Origin: Terriglobales bacterium
GTDB lineage: Bacteria > Acidobacteriota > Terriglobia > Terriglobales > Acidobacteriaceae
Assembly (NCBI GenBank): GCA_035501575.1
Contig: DATJVZ010000319.1
Span: forward strand, 3,841 to 67,840
Direction: 5' to 3'
DNA: 64,000 nt
This document shows positions 9,982 to 21,100 of this stretch, piece by piece (position 1 is the stretch's first letter; every line of letters starts with the position of its first letter). The notes beneath the pieces are model-generated. The model searched no databases. It saw nothing but the letters and a program-made list of their open reading frames with translations, and was not told the origin of the DNA. A program made the translations under genes and the position numbers.

Positions 9982-11535
9982 TCAGGGTATGACGGTTGGC
10001 GATCCCATCAACTCCTGCTCCACCAGCCCACTGGTCGATTGATCCAAGCTTTCTGTGACCAGAACCCTCTCTTGTTGCACGCGGATGACAATCGGCCCTT
10101 CGCTGGTCAGCCAAGTGTGGCTGCCGGTCAAGGACACCAGATTCGACAAGTCGGGGATTGTTGGCCGAGGTGATGGCGGTGGTTGCTCAGTCCCCACACC
10201 GGTTGACGTTGCCTCGGGTGGAGGTGCCTCGTGCACCTGCTTGTATCGCACCGTCAGCTGCTTGGCATAGATCGCGGCGAACCGGGCTGCGCTCTCCCCA
10301 TCCGACCAGCGCGACCAGTAGAGGAGTCCGAGCGGCGCGGCGGGGTTGCCTTTGGGTTGAACCGCATAGTAGTAGCCGCCGCGCCAGCGGGGATAGAGCT
10401 CGCGAGAGACTTCGGGGCTGGCGTACTGATCGAGGAGAATGGCTACGTCGAACTCGCCCATGGCTCCGATATCGAAGCGCTCGTAGTTGTGGAAGTCCCT
10501 CTTGAAATCCGGCAGAGGCACGGGCTCCAAGCGTTCCCCGGAGAGATAGGTCTTCGGCTCCATGATTTCGCGAGTGGTGAGGGGAGGACTAGTGAAGGCC
10601 GCGGCAAAAGCTTTTTGCTTGCCTCCGCTGCGCAGCAACTCAGCTTCAAAATCGAGGCCGTAGCGATAGGGGAACGTCAGCGACTCTTTCAGGAAGATGG
10701 GCGCACTCTGGAATGCCGGCGAATCCGACGTGCCCGCCATCATTCCTTCGGTAAGCGCCGCGGCGATTTGCGGGGAGGAGAGCAACGACTTGCCGGTCGG
10801 AGCCAGCATGTAATCCACTAAAACAACCATAGCCTGACCTTCAACCACCGCCTGGCGCGCTTCACTGTCCTCGTCCCGCTCGATATCCTCCGCGGTCGGA
10901 TTCTTCTTACGGTCGAGATCAATGTCACCCTTTTTCATCCATTTCTCGAGCCCAAAGGACTGATCCTGAAGGGCATGGGTCAGTTCGTGGGCCATGACCG
11001 GACGTTGCTGCTCCGGACCGATCCAGTCCAGCAGATTGACGGTTTTGGTTTTGGCATCGTAATAGCCCGCCACTTGCTCACGCAGCAGTTTGACCAAAAA
11101 CCCGCCGAGATCAAACTCGGTCGGCAGAAGGCCAAACTTCTTCAGCACTCGCTCGGAGCGGCGAAGTCTTTCGGTATCTTTGTCCTCCTTCATGTTCTTT
11201 TCGAGATAGGAGACTACTTCTTCGCGGGTCGTGAGCCTGCGTTTGACCTCTTTTTTGATGGGCAGGTCCGTATCCAGGCTGGCGAACTTAAGAATCGCGT
11301 CGACATCCTGAAAGAGCTCTTTTGCTTCCTCGGGCGAGATTTTGGTTTCTGCTTGAGTCTCCGTGTTGCCGGGTTTCTGCTGCTCGGAGTCACCCGGCGT
11401 GGCGGGCGCAACCTGGTCCCTAAATCCTGAAGTTGCCGGCGCATGGGCCAGCGCCAACGCCGCTATAGCTAGGCTTAGTAGAAAAGACGAGAGCCCTCGG
11501 CCCCGTCTTCGATACAATTGCTTTACTCTGGTCAT
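9982..11535 (-). CDS. secreted HExxH zinc metallopeptidase (MA-clan-like), family not assigned
   Basis: Signal peptide MTRVKQLYRRRGRGLSSFLLSLAIAALALA and the HELTHALQDQ motif. Confidence 0.7.
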   Translation of the reverse strand: MTRVKQLYRRRGRGLSSFLLSLAIAALALAHAPATSGFRDQVAPATPGDSEQQKPGNTETQAETKISPEEAKELFQDVDAILKFASLDTDLPIKKEVKRRLTTREEVVSYLEKNMKEDKDTERLRRSERVLKKFGLLPTEFDLGGFLVKLLREQVAGYYDAKTKTVNLLDWIGPEQQRPVMAHELTHALQDQSFGLEKWMKKGDIDLDRKKNPTAEDIERDEDSEARQAVVEGQAMVVLVDYMLAPTGKSLLSSPQIAAALTEGMMAGTSDSPAFQSAPIFLKESLTFPYRYGLDFEAELLRSGGKQKAFAAAFTSPPLTTREIMEPKTYLSGERLEPVPLPDFKRDFHNYERFDIGAMGEFDVAILLDQYASPEVSRELYPRWRGGYYYAVQPKGNPAAPLGLLYWSRWSDGESAARFAAIYAKQLTVRYKQVHEAPPPEATSTGVGTEQPPPSPRPTIPDLSNLVSLTGSHTWLTSEGPIVIRVQQERVLVTESLDQSTSGLVEQELMGSPTVIP

Positions 11536-11546
11536 CGGGTTCGTCT

Positions 11547-12032
11547 ATGTCCGACAGCGATCCACGTCGAGTGGCGGCCCAGTATTTTCAAGAGGCCTAC
11601 GAGCTGCAGATGGCCGGCAAGTACCAGGAGGCGGTTGAGTTCTACAGCCGCTCCATCGAAGCCTTTCCCACCGCCGAGGCCTACACCTTTCGCGGCTGGA
11701 CCTACTCCTTCCTTGGGGATTATGACCGCGCTATTGCCGAGTGTGTGGAGGCTATCAAAGTCGATCCGGAATTTGGCAATCCCTATAACGATATCGGGGC
11801 TTATCTCATTGAACAAGGGAAATGGGACGAAGCCATTCCCTGGTTCGAAAAGGCTATGATCGCACCTCGATACGAGGCCCGCCCTTACCCCTTTTTCAAC
11901 CTCGGCCGAGTGTACGAACACCAGTACAACTATCGCAAAGCAAAAGAATGCTACGCCATGGCCTATTCTCTTGACCGAAGATATCGAGCGGCTTTGGTCG
12001 GGTTACGCCGATTGCAGGCAAGTCTCAATTGA
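11547..12032 (+). CDS. tetratricopeptide-repeat protein
   Basis: Successive TPR-like units, e.g. AEAYTFRGWTYSFLGDYDRAIAECVEAIKVDP and NPYNDIGAYLIEQGKWDEAIPWFEKAM. Confidence 0.8.
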   Translation: MSDSDPRRVAAQYFQEAYELQMAGKYQEAVEFYSRSIEAFPTAEAYTFRGWTYSFLGDYDRAIAECVEAIKVDPEFGNPYNDIGAYLIEQGKWDEAIPWFEKAMIAPRYEARPYPFFNLGRVYEHQYNYRKAKECYAMAYSLDRRYRAALVGLRRLQASLN

Positions 12033-12267
12033 GCCCTGTCTCCTGGGCCCGCCCTGGACCGGGATCAAACGGGGCCAGTGGCACACCCTTAAGTCGTTCT
12101 ATCAACGGAAAGCCGCTCGACCTCCCACGGCTTCTCGGCCGAATTTGGGCTCAGTCCTGGCAAACTCAGCTAGTGACATCTGCAGTACACCCCGTATTCC
12201 GGTGGTGCTTGCTTTTGGCTATGATGGCGGGGTGAGCCCATCTTATGAGCGGAGTGCCAAACCAATC

Positions 12268-12912
12268 ATGCCTTTCGACAGGAACCGAAGCGCGAAGAAC
12301 CATAGCGAAAATCACCCGGGCGCCCAAAAACGGCTGCTTCACGCTCTTGCGAGCGTATGCTTAGGGATTCTTTTCCTTGCCGGTATCAGTTACGCCGACA
12401 ACAAGGTGCTCGGCGAGGTCGTACTCGAGGGTGCCACCAAGGTGGAACGCGATGCCGGTGTCTGGGTGGATAACCAGTATCTTGGCTACATGAAGGAACT
12501 GAAAGGCGACAAACAGATCCTGTTGCTTCCCGGCGAACATGAGATTATTGTGCGCCAGGATGGATATTTGGACTTTAAGCAAAATATCTCGGTTGAACCG
12601 GGAGCAAAGTCACTGGTCAAGGTCAAACTGGAACGCGACACGCGCTTCCAGATGCCTACGGTGTTCTCCGAAATTAAGCTTTCGGTGAATCCCGACCGGG
12701 CAGCGGTGTTTGTCGACGGGATGTTCGCGGGCCATGCCTCCGAGTTCAGCGGGGTAGCCCACAGTCTGTTAGTCGCGCCCGGACACCGCCAGATCACCAT
12801 CAGCTTGCCGGGGTATGAGACCTTTCATAGCGACGTCGATCTCGCGCCCCATCAAAAGTTCAAGCTCCAGACCAACCTGGTGAAATCGGGCGCCCCGCCC
12901 GGGTCGGAGTAA
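12268..12912 (+). CDS. membrane-anchored PEGA-domain protein
   Basis: TM anchor LLHALASVCLGILFLAGI followed by two PEGA-like units (LLPGEHEIIVRQDGY, VAPGHRQITISLPGY). ATG 12268 was chosen because the upstream part of the ORF overlaps the TPR gene. Confidence 0.7.
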   Translation: MPFDRNRSAKNHSENHPGAQKRLLHALASVCLGILFLAGISYADNKVLGEVVLEGATKVERDAGVWVDNQYLGYMKELKGDKQILLLPGEHEIIVRQDGYLDFKQNISVEPGAKSLVKVKLERDTRFQMPTVFSEIKLSVNPDRAAVFVDGMFAGHASEFSGVAHSLLVAPGHRQITISLPGYETFHSDVDLAPHQKFKLQTNLVKSGAPPGSE

Positions 12913-12930
12913 CCGAGCAACCAACAGCGG

Positions 12931-12969
12931 CCCCCGAGCAATAGCATTCAGCGAGCTACGGGGGTTTTT
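12931..12969 (+). terminator. rho-independent terminator after the PEGA gene
   Basis: CCCCCGAGC ... GCT(A)CGGGGG stem with one bulge, followed by TTTTT (12965-12969). Confidence 0.6.
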
Positions 12970-12993
12970 CATCTTTCCGGAAGGGCGCGGGAT

Positions 12994-14967
12994 CTAGACT
13001 TCTTCGCTTTCTCGTAACTTCGAAATAACGCTGAAGTCCTCGAGCGTCGTGGTATCGCCTTTCACCTCCCCATGGGTGGCGAGTTCGCGGAGAAGGCGAC
13101 GCATGATCTTGCCGCTGCGGGTCTTCGGCAGCATGTCGGTGAAGCGGATATCGTCGGGCCTGGCCAAGGCTCCGATTTCTTGCACGACCCAGCGACGAAG
13201 TTCATCTTTCAATTCGGGTGTGGGCTTCCGACCTTGTTCGAGGGTTACGAAGGCAGCAATCGCCTGGCCCTTCAGGTCATCAGGACGACCAACGACGGCC
13301 GCTTCCGCGACTGCATCGTGCGCCACCAGGGCGGATTCAACTTCCATGGTACTCAGGCGGTGCCCGGAGACATTCAGCACGTCGTCGACCCGTCCCATGA
13401 TCCAGAAATAGCCGTCTTGGTCTTTGCGGGCTCCGTCACCGGTGAAATAAACCCCGGGCATCTGCGACCAATACTGAGCCACGTAGCGATCGGGATCACC
13501 GTAAATGGTGCGCAGCATACCGGGCCAGGGCCGTTTCAGCACAAGAAAGCCCCCGGAACCGTCTGGGACCGGCTTGCCATCCATGCCGACGACTTCCGGC
13601 ACCACCCCTGGCATGGCACGGGTAGCGGAACCCGGCTTCGTGTCGACGGCACCCGGAATGGGAGCAATCATGATATGGCCGGTCTCGGTTTGCCACCAGG
13701 TGTCGACGATGGGGCAACGGTTGTGGCCAATGACCTCGCGATACCACATCCAAGCCTCGGGATTGATCGGTTCCCCCACCGTACCGAGCAAGCGCAGACT
13801 GTCCAGCTTATATTTGTTCGGCCATTGATCGCCCCACTTAATAAAGGTACGGATCGCGGTGGGCGCGGTATACAAAATGTTGACTTGGTGCCGATCGACG
13901 ATGCTCCAGAAACGATCGGGCTCGGGGAAGTTCGGTGCACCTTCATAGATCAGGATCGCCGCCCCGTTGAGCAAAGGCCCATAAACGATATAGCTGTGTC
14001 CAGTGACCCAGCCGATGTCGGCCGTGCACCAGTAAGTGTCATGATCCTTAAGATCAAAAACCCACTTGGAGGTCAGGTACGTGCCCACGGCATACCCGGC
14101 GGTCGTGTGCACCACACCCTTGGGTTTGCCGGTGGTTCCCGACGTGTAAAGGATGTAGAGGGGGTGCTCGGCGTCCAGTGGCTCCGCCGGACACTGATCT
14201 GAGGCTTGGTCCATCAATTCCCGCCAACGGTGGTCGCGGCCAGGTTGCAACTGGACGGGCGTTCCACTGCGCTCGTAGACCACCACGTGCTTGACCGACG
14301 GGCATGACTTCAAGGCCTCATCGACCACGGGAAACAGTTTGATCTCGGCGCCGCGGCGATAGCAACCATCCTGCGTAATGACCGCCACCGCCTGGGAATC
14401 GTGAATGCGATCCACCAGGGCATGGGAGGCAAAACCGCCGAAGACAACCGTGTGCACCGCGCCAATGCGGGCGCACGCCAGCATGGCAATGGGCAACTCG
14501 GGCGTCATGCCCATGTAGATGGCGACCCGGTCGCCTCGCCTAACATCCAGAGATTTGAGGACGTTGGCGAACTTCTGCACCTCGCGGTGCAATTGCTGGT
14601 AGGTCAGGGTGCGAATTTCTCCTGGTTCGCCTTCCCAGATCAGGGCGGCTTTGTTTTTCCGCCAAGTTTTCACATGCCGGTCCACGCAGTTGGCGGAAAC
14701 ATTGAACTGTGCTCCCACAAACCATTTGGCCCAAGGATTGTTCCACTCGAGAACCTTATCCCATTTCTTGAACCATTCGAGTTCTTCGGCCACGCCAGCC
14801 CAGAACTTTTCGGGTTGCTCGACCGACTCGCGGTAGATACGCTCGTAGTCAGAAAGGGACTTAATGTAAGCCTGCTTACGGAAACTTTCGGGGCACTCGA
14901 ACTTACGCCGTTCCTCGAGAACGGAATCGATGTTAGCGGGTATGGGGACGGTAACCTTATCTGCCAT
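12994..14967 (-). CDS. acs: acetyl-CoA synthetase
   Basis: [15 protein letters not shown]-binding motif, WWQTETG, SGKIMRR. The 657 aa are collinear with Acs. Confidence 0.95.
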   Translation of the reverse strand: MADKVTVPIPANIDSVLEERRKFECPESFRKQAYIKSLSDYERIYRESVEQPEKFWAGVAEELEWFKKWDKVLEWNNPWAKWFVGAQFNVSANCVDRHVKTWRKNKAALIWEGEPGEIRTLTYQQLHREVQKFANVLKSLDVRRGDRVAIYMGMTPELPIAMLACARIGAVHTVVFGGFASHALVDRIHDSQAVAVITQDGCYRRGAEIKLFPVVDEALKSCPSVKHVVVYERSGTPVQLQPGRDHRWRELMDQASDQCPAEPLDAEHPLYILYTSGTTGKPKGVVHTTAGYAVGTYLTSKWVFDLKDHDTYWCTADIGWVTGHSYIVYGPLLNGAAILIYEGAPNFPEPDRFWSIVDRHQVNILYTAPTAIRTFIKWGDQWPNKYKLDSLRLLGTVGEPINPEAWMWYREVIGHNRCPIVDTWWQTETGHIMIAPIPGAVDTKPGSATRAMPGVVPEVVGMDGKPVPDGSGGFLVLKRPWPGMLRTIYGDPDRYVAQYWSQMPGVYFTGDGARKDQDGYFWIMGRVDDVLNVSGHRLSTMEVESALVAHDAVAEAAVVGRPDDLKGQAIAAFVTLEQGRKPTPELKDELRRWVVQEIGALARPDDIRFTDMLPKTRSGKIMRRLLRELATHGEVKGDTTTLEDFSVISKLRESEEV

Positions 14968-15069
14968 GACGCGAATCCTCGGGTTATCGCGAAAGTCGTA
15001 TTTTACAGCAACCCGACCATGGTGCCTGGTATCTCGGGTAACTCGGCTCGCGTCAAACGGTGAGCCTGG

Positions 15070-15906
15070 TCAGGACGATAAGCGCCATTTCGTCCGGGTA
15101 TAGGCGATCCTGAAGCCTTTGTTTTCTGCATTGCGCTGGGAGTCGCTGCCTGCCTCAGTCACCATCATGGCCAGATCACATCCGTGATCAAAAGCATAGC
15201 GCAGACGTTCATCGAGCAGCGCACGGTGGAGGCCACGACGCCGCAACTCGGGAATCGTGGCCGAACCAGCAAGCAGCGCAACCCCATCGTGAATGCACAA
15301 CACACCGGCGGCGCCGGGTGTGCCCTCGACCTGGGCGAGGAAACACAGATTTTGCTCCCGGGCTGCGGAAATGGCACCGCTTTCGAGAAGAAAGTCGGCG
15401 AGTTCTGGATGCTCGTGGGACCATGCGCCGGCATGGATCCTCGTCCATAGTTGAGCTTCTTCCCTGCCGATGATGTGCACGCGGATGCGTGCGTCGCTAA
15501 CCGCCGAAGGCGGCTCCACCCGGCGGTATAGCACGTTGCTGATTTCGATGGGCCGGTATTTGCGGGCACAGAGGAGGTTCAGAGCTGCGACTCCGGCTAA
15601 TGGGCTCACTTCGTGGTCGACTTGCGCTTTGCGATCGAGAAAGAAGCACTCGATGACATCGAGCGTACTCGGAGTCAACTCCTCGAAGATGCCAAGGCCG
15701 AAAGTCTGGGTGATCGGAGAGGCGATGCCGTCAAACACCGCGTAGGTTCCAGCGCATTCCATCCACTCGGCGCCGCTATCGGGGAACATACGACGCCGTG
15801 CCACCGCATACTGGGCGCACGCGTGCCCCTCCGCCCGCTCTAAACGTCGCGCAAGTGTGAGGTCGGAAAACGGCACCGTCTGATTATCTATATACTTTCC
15901 TCCCAT
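15070..15906 (-). CDS. GNAT-family N-acetyltransferase
   Basis: C-terminal GNAT block RRRGLHRALLDERLRYAFDHGCDLAMMV...QRNAENKGF. ATG at 15906; the 78 upstream codons of the ORF look non-coding. Confidence 0.7.
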   Translation of the reverse strand: MGGKYIDNQTVPFSDLTLARRLERAEGHACAQYAVARRRMFPDSGAEWMECAGTYAVFDGIASPITQTFGLGIFEELTPSTLDVIECFFLDRKAQVDHEVSPLAGVAALNLLCARKYRPIEISNVLYRRVEPPSAVSDARIRVHIIGREEAQLWTRIHAGAWSHEHPELADFLLESGAISAAREQNLCFLAQVEGTPGAAGVLCIHDGVALLAGSATIPELRRRGLHRALLDERLRYAFDHGCDLAMMVTEAGSDSQRNAENKGFRIAYTRTKWRLSS

Positions 15907-16051
15907 GCCAAACCCGTTGTCTTCTGCAGCCTGCGAAGCTTCCTTAAGCCAGCGCCTACAGAGGAGGCAAGCATTCGAAAAACCTGAGATGGGGCGGATT
16001 ATGGCTTGACGGGAGCCGCGAATGGGGCAGATAGTTAAAGGGGCGGTTTTT

Positions 16052-17032
16052 ATGTTTTGGGGTCGCTCGTTGGCGTTTTTGACGGTGGCTGTCGTCGCCG
16101 TGCTGAACCTGCCGGCTGACGGGCAATCCGTGATCTCCACCCGCTCCGGAGTCGTTCACTTTTTCGAAGGGGCGGTTTATCTGGACAACCAGCCGCTCCA
16201 ACCTCATCCGGGAAGATTTTCCAGCGTGCCCCAAGGCGCCACACTACACACGGCCGAAGGCCGCGCGGAGGTCTTGCTGACGCCTAGCATCTTCCTCCGC
16301 ATGGGCCAGAGTAGTACGATTCGCATGCTTGCGAACGAACTCTCGAATACCCGAGTAGAATGGTTGGCCGGGTCGGCCGTGGTGGATGCAGCGGAGCCAG
16401 TCTCCGGTCAATCCGTGACGCTCATTTACAAGGATTGGAGCGTGCACTTCCTCGAGGAAGGCGTCTACCGAATCGACGCCGATCCGCCGCGCCTGTGGGT
16501 GTTCCAGGGAAAGGCGGAAGTATCGGCGGTCGGCAATGAAGTGCCGCTAACGGTCGGGCAAGGGATGGATGTGCCGTTCGCGCCCGTGCTGGTGCCGGAG
16601 GGATTCATCGACCCGCCCCGCGACGCGCTTAGCTCCTGGGCCGAAGGCCGCCAGGAATCGATTGCCACCGACAATGCCATCGCGGCCAACATCCAAGATC
16701 CGGCTTCGATGCGAGCGTCCGACTACGGCGTGGACAGTTTTACTTACTTTCCGACGCTCGGTCTGGTATCTCCGCCCGCGGGCTTTGCCAGTTCCTACAA
16801 CTTCTATGGGTTCTATCAACCGGGTTTCAACTCCATCTACTTGCCCGGTTACAGCTCTCTGCCTTGGTTTTTCCGCCCAGGGTCAGTTGGATACCCAACG
16901 TCGTTTCGTCCCCCTGTGATACCTCTGCGCCCTATTCCCTCCCGCCATCCGATGCCTGGACGCCCTAGTTCCCCGGTGGGAATACCGCACTCTGCTTCAT
17001 CGGTTGGAATCCACGCCGGCGGTCACCACTAG
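16052..17032 (+). CDS. secreted FecR-like beta-sandwich protein with aromatic/Pro-rich tail
   Basis: Signal peptide MFWGRSLAFLTVAVVAVLNLPADG and an SD-like AAAGGGG upstream. The C-terminal 100 aa are rich in P, Y, F, G and S. Confidence 0.55.
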   Translation: MFWGRSLAFLTVAVVAVLNLPADGQSVISTRSGVVHFFEGAVYLDNQPLQPHPGRFSSVPQGATLHTAEGRAEVLLTPSIFLRMGQSSTIRMLANELSNTRVEWLAGSAVVDAAEPVSGQSVTLIYKDWSVHFLEEGVYRIDADPPRLWVFQGKAEVSAVGNEVPLTVGQGMDVPFAPVLVPEGFIDPPRDALSSWAEGRQESIATDNAIAANIQDPASMRASDYGVDSFTYFPTLGLVSPPAGFASSYNFYGFYQPGFNSIYLPGYSSLPWFFRPGSVGYPTSFRPPVIPLRPIPSRHPMPGRPSSPVGIPHSASSVGIHAGGHH

Positions 17033-17042
17033 TCACATCCAA

Positions 17043-18035
17043 TCACTGAGAGGGCGCGTAGTACCCGAGCCGCCAGTGCACTTTGAGAGAGGAACCAAGA
17101 CCCGAGGGCTCGGAAACCTTCACCTCCACCTTGCGGTATTTTCCGTCTCGCGCTTTATTTTTCGGGTAGTAGCCAAGGACGTACTGATTGCGCAGTTCGA
17201 CCGCAATCCGGGTTGCGACACTCGGCAGATCGGCGGAAGCCGCCGCCGCGAAAGCCCGCCCGCCGGTTTGGGAGGCAATCTCGGAGAGCAACCGCGGTCC
17301 GGAGACTTCCTCAGGAGCCAGCCCGAAGGAAAAGGTCGGTTCAAAAACACCCATGGCATAGATTTGGACGTCCGCTTCGCGAACCAGCGACTCAATCTGG
17401 GCCGGGGTGTAGTGGCTGCGGTTATCCCCTCCGTCGGAAATGATGATGACCGCCTTCCGGGAATTCTTGGCCTTTTTCATCTCGAGGAGTCCGCTCTCGA
17501 TGGCATCGAGCATGGCAGTGAGACCGCCGGCCTGCGCGTTCTTCAGCGCACTTTTCATCTCCTCCGCGTGGTTGGTGAATCCAATCGATACTTTGGCCAC
17601 ATCTGCGAACTCCACCAGGAACCCTTCGTCTTCTTTGTTCAAGGTGTTCAGCAACTGCGCCGCCGCGTCGCGCGAGGTTCGAAGCTTAAGGTCCATGCTG
17701 CCGCTCTCATCGAACAACAAACCAATCGAAAGCGGCGCATCCTCGCCCGAAAAGTCTGCCAAGTTCTGCTCCACGCCGTCCTCGAGCAAATGGAAATCTT
17801 TTTTCTCGAGCCCGAGAACGAATCGGTTCAATGTATCGGTGACGGTGACCGGGATCAGAACCAAGTCGGAATAGGCGCGGAAGGTGGCTACCGAACCCTG
17901 CTGCGAGTTCGCCGCTCCCGGGGTCGCCGGGGGAGATTTTTCCTTGGAGTCTGTCTGGGCAAGTGCTAAACCCGCAAGCAAGGCACACAGGGCGCAGCCC
18001 GCACAACCAATCGAGGCCCACGCTCTTCCCTTCAA
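17043..18035 (-). CDS. secreted von Willebrand factor A domain protein (VWFA-related acidobacterial type)
   Basis: Signal peptide, MIDAS-like DESGS (LFDESGSM) and IIISDGGDN. Confidence 0.8.
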   Translation of the reverse strand: MKGRAWASIGCAGCALCALLAGLALAQTDSKEKSPPATPGAANSQQGSVATFRAYSDLVLIPVTVTDTLNRFVLGLEKKDFHLLEDGVEQNLADFSGEDAPLSIGLLFDESGSMDLKLRTSRDAAAQLLNTLNKEDEGFLVEFADVAKVSIGFTNHAEEMKSALKNAQAGGLTAMLDAIESGLLEMKKAKNSRKAVIIISDGGDNRSHYTPAQIESLVREADVQIYAMGVFEPTFSFGLAPEEVSGPRLLSEIASQTGGRAFAAAASADLPSVATRIAVELRNQYVLGYYPKNKARDGKYRKVEVKVSEPSGLGSSLKVHWRLGYYAPSQ

Positions 18036-18107
18036 GGTCCTACTCCCAGACGTCGATGAAGCGCTATTAGCTGCTCCTCGAAGAAATTGCCATTCCCCGC
18101 TTTGCGG

Positions 18108-21100
18108 TCAGACACGCATAATCACCGGAACGGCTGGCTGTTCGGTCGCCCACGAAACGGCAGTCGCGTACAAGACCACCTGCCTAAAGTAGGGTTCTAG
18201 GATGGCCTCGAGCTCGCGGTCGGTCTTGAAGTCAACCACCACCCACTGGTTGCCCTCGAGGAAGGCGAGGTCCAAGATACCCTCGAGCAGAGTTCCGTCC
18301 GGCTGGCTGATGGTCACTGGAGTCTCGCGTCGGCATTGACCCGATCGCCAAGCCTTTCTTGCTCTTTCGAGGAGCGGGTGCGCCAAGGCACCCCCGACAG
18401 CCGACACCGCCTCCTCAATCTCCTCCGGGCTGGCACCCAAGACCTTCCCATGCAGCGAAACAAACTCCTCAACTTGGCTGCGGTTTGCATCCAAGGGAAC
18501 CGACGCCAGAGTAGCATGCACCAGAGAGCCGAAGCGTGCGCCGAACGGACGTTCTCGCTCCCTCGGCAGTTCGATCAGTTCAACCTCAGATGGGCGGCCT
18601 CGGCCAGGGTCTTTGTGGGCCTCGGCGGTAACCGTGCGAAAGGTCACGCTCGGTGCGCTGGCCTTTCCCCTCACATCGTCCCACGTTTTCCGCCAGCTCT
18701 CGTAGGCTCGGATGTCCTGGCGCAAGACCTCCGGGTCCTCGGGCTCCTTCAAGAGCTCCTCTTCGCGTATGCCAAACCGTTGTGGAACATCCAAGCTGAG
18801 AGCTCGCGGGTCCCACCACACCACACTGTACTCCGCATCGTGCTGGCCCGGCGCGGGGAAATGATGCTCGCCCGGCCAGACGGTGTCGGCTTCATCTCCC
18901 ACGAAGTCCGGCGGCCGCACGAGCACGCTGTCTTTGCCAAAATTCGGGCATAGCGAAGCTGTCTTTGGTTTCCGGCGGTTTTCTGCCGACGGATAGAGGG
19001 CATCGTAGATCGGCCGCACCCACCAGTTCTCGACCGAATTCCAGGATCGGCGGGGATCGTCGCCGATGCTTGGAACCACCAGAAGATCGCGGGTTCGAGT
19101 GGTGGACACGTAGGCCAATCGAACCCCTTCGGCACGATCGCGAGCCCGTTCGAGATCGGCATGCTGACTGAGGTCCAAGGGTTCGCAGCCGGCCAGCGGA
19201 AGGGCGCACAAACCGGATCGGGCGTCGATATGGCGGCTGGGGTAGGAGTGCGAGATCTTGGCGGTGATGTCGGCCATGATCACGACCGGGAACTCGAGCC
19301 CCTTGGCCTTGTGAACCGACATCATGCGTATGCCCTCACTGCCCTCCTCGAAAATGGGCGCTTCGGCAGTGTCGGCGGCGTCAGTCCCCGCGTGCAAGTC
19401 TGCGACGAAGCCGCGGAAGGACAGCCCTCCCGACGCCTCATACCTTCTTGCCAGTTCGCGAATGTGCAGTACGTTGGCGAGCACCTGCTCGCCGGAAGGG
19501 CGCAGGGCAAATGCCAGGTGGGCGCGCGTCTGCTCAAGCAGGCGGTCGATGGTTTCGGCCACCGGACGACGGTTGCGCCGGCGGTGGAGCGAGCCCAGGA
19601 AGCGCAGGCTCTCGGCCACATCCTCGAGTTCTCCAGCAAGCCGGTCCGTCGGCAAGCGGAAAGGATGGAACCGGCCGAAGTGATGCCGGTATTCGAGCAA
19701 TACGTCGTCCCGAATGGCGAACAAGGACCCTTTCAAGGTGGCAAATACGGAGAGCTCGTCATCCGGCCATTCGATGGCGGTGAGAGCGGCGCGAACGGTT
19801 TGGACCTCCTCGCGATCGTGGAAGGACCGGCCACCGACCAGCAGATGGGGCAGGTTTCGGGCCTCTAGCGCACGGAGATAGGGCCGTGCAATATCGTCGT
19901 CACCACTGACGAAGCGGCGGAAGAGCAGGCAAATATGATTGGGGCCGATCGGAACCCTTTTCTCGGGATCGCCGGGCGTCGGAATCGTCCAACCACTCTT
20001 GGTCACCAGCCACTGCAGGAAGGCGGCGATCGCGTCCGGGAGGCAGTTTTCCACGGCTTCCATGGAGAACTTTCTCTTGTACGGGCGCGGCACGGGCAGG
20101 GCCACAATCGAGGGCTGACCCGGGTAGGGCCTGCGGAAGGGAGAGAGTTGAACATAGCTGGCCTGCAGAGCCTCCGTGTTCCCGTCCATGTAAGGCGCGA
20201 AGGCTCGATTGATCAGGGCTTGGATCGAAGGCAGGGACCGGAAACTGGTGGTCAATTGCAGGAGTTCAGCCCCCTGGCCGAGCAGTAGCTGTTTCACCTC
20301 TTCGTAGGTTCCGACATCGGCCCGACGGAACCGGTAGATAGCCTGCTTGGGATCGCCCACGATGAACAGCTTGCCCGGCCGCGGCCGAACGGCTCGCCAG
20401 TTGGTAGTTTCCACGGTATCGGCCGACAGCAGTACCAGGATCTCTGCTTGCAGCGGGTCCGTATCCTGGAACTCATCGACAAACAAATGCGTGAAACGCT
20501 CCTGGAAATAGCGGCGCACACTCGGCGACTCAACCAGCAGATCCCGGGTGCGGATGAGAAGATCAAGGAAATCGAGCTTTCCCGCACGCTGTTTGAGCCG
20601 CTGGTAGCCGGCTACGGTTTCCCCCAGCTCGGCCTGGAGCAGGGCAGCGAGATCGGCGTTGGCCTGCGCGACAAATGCATCAAGCGCGGCCATCAGCTCT
20701 TGATGAAGGGCGAGGATTTGATCGCGCTGGATGCGCTGGTTGTACTGGGGCCTTCCTTTTCGGGGTTCGCGAAAGCGATCAAACTGACCGTCGGTTGCCC
20801 TGAGGACAAAAGTTGCTTCGAGGCCATCGTAGTCGCGCGGCCTGGCCTTCTCGACGGCGCGAATTTCCTGGCTGAGCGAACGAGCGGCGGCGGTGTCGAG
20901 AAACAGATTATTACCCGCGTCCGCAGGCTCCGCCGTCAGTTCCGCCAGACGATGAAATTTCTCGACCAGGGCGTCGATGGCGGCTATGCGGTTGAGCGGC
21001 GGACGCTGCCAGGAAGCAGGAAAGTCGCGCCAATTGGCAAGTTCCCAGCCCGCAGCCAGTAGCGTCTCGGTCGGCAGATTCCGGGTCTTGCGGCGCAACA

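Noticed and set aside
13072-14202. 376-aa ORF on the plus strand
   Set aside because: Antisense to acs, which is unambiguous. It has no recognisable domain.
17004-17969. 321-aa ORF on the plus strand
   Set aside because: Antisense to the VWA-domain gene. It is a low-complexity Arg/Gly-rich translation.
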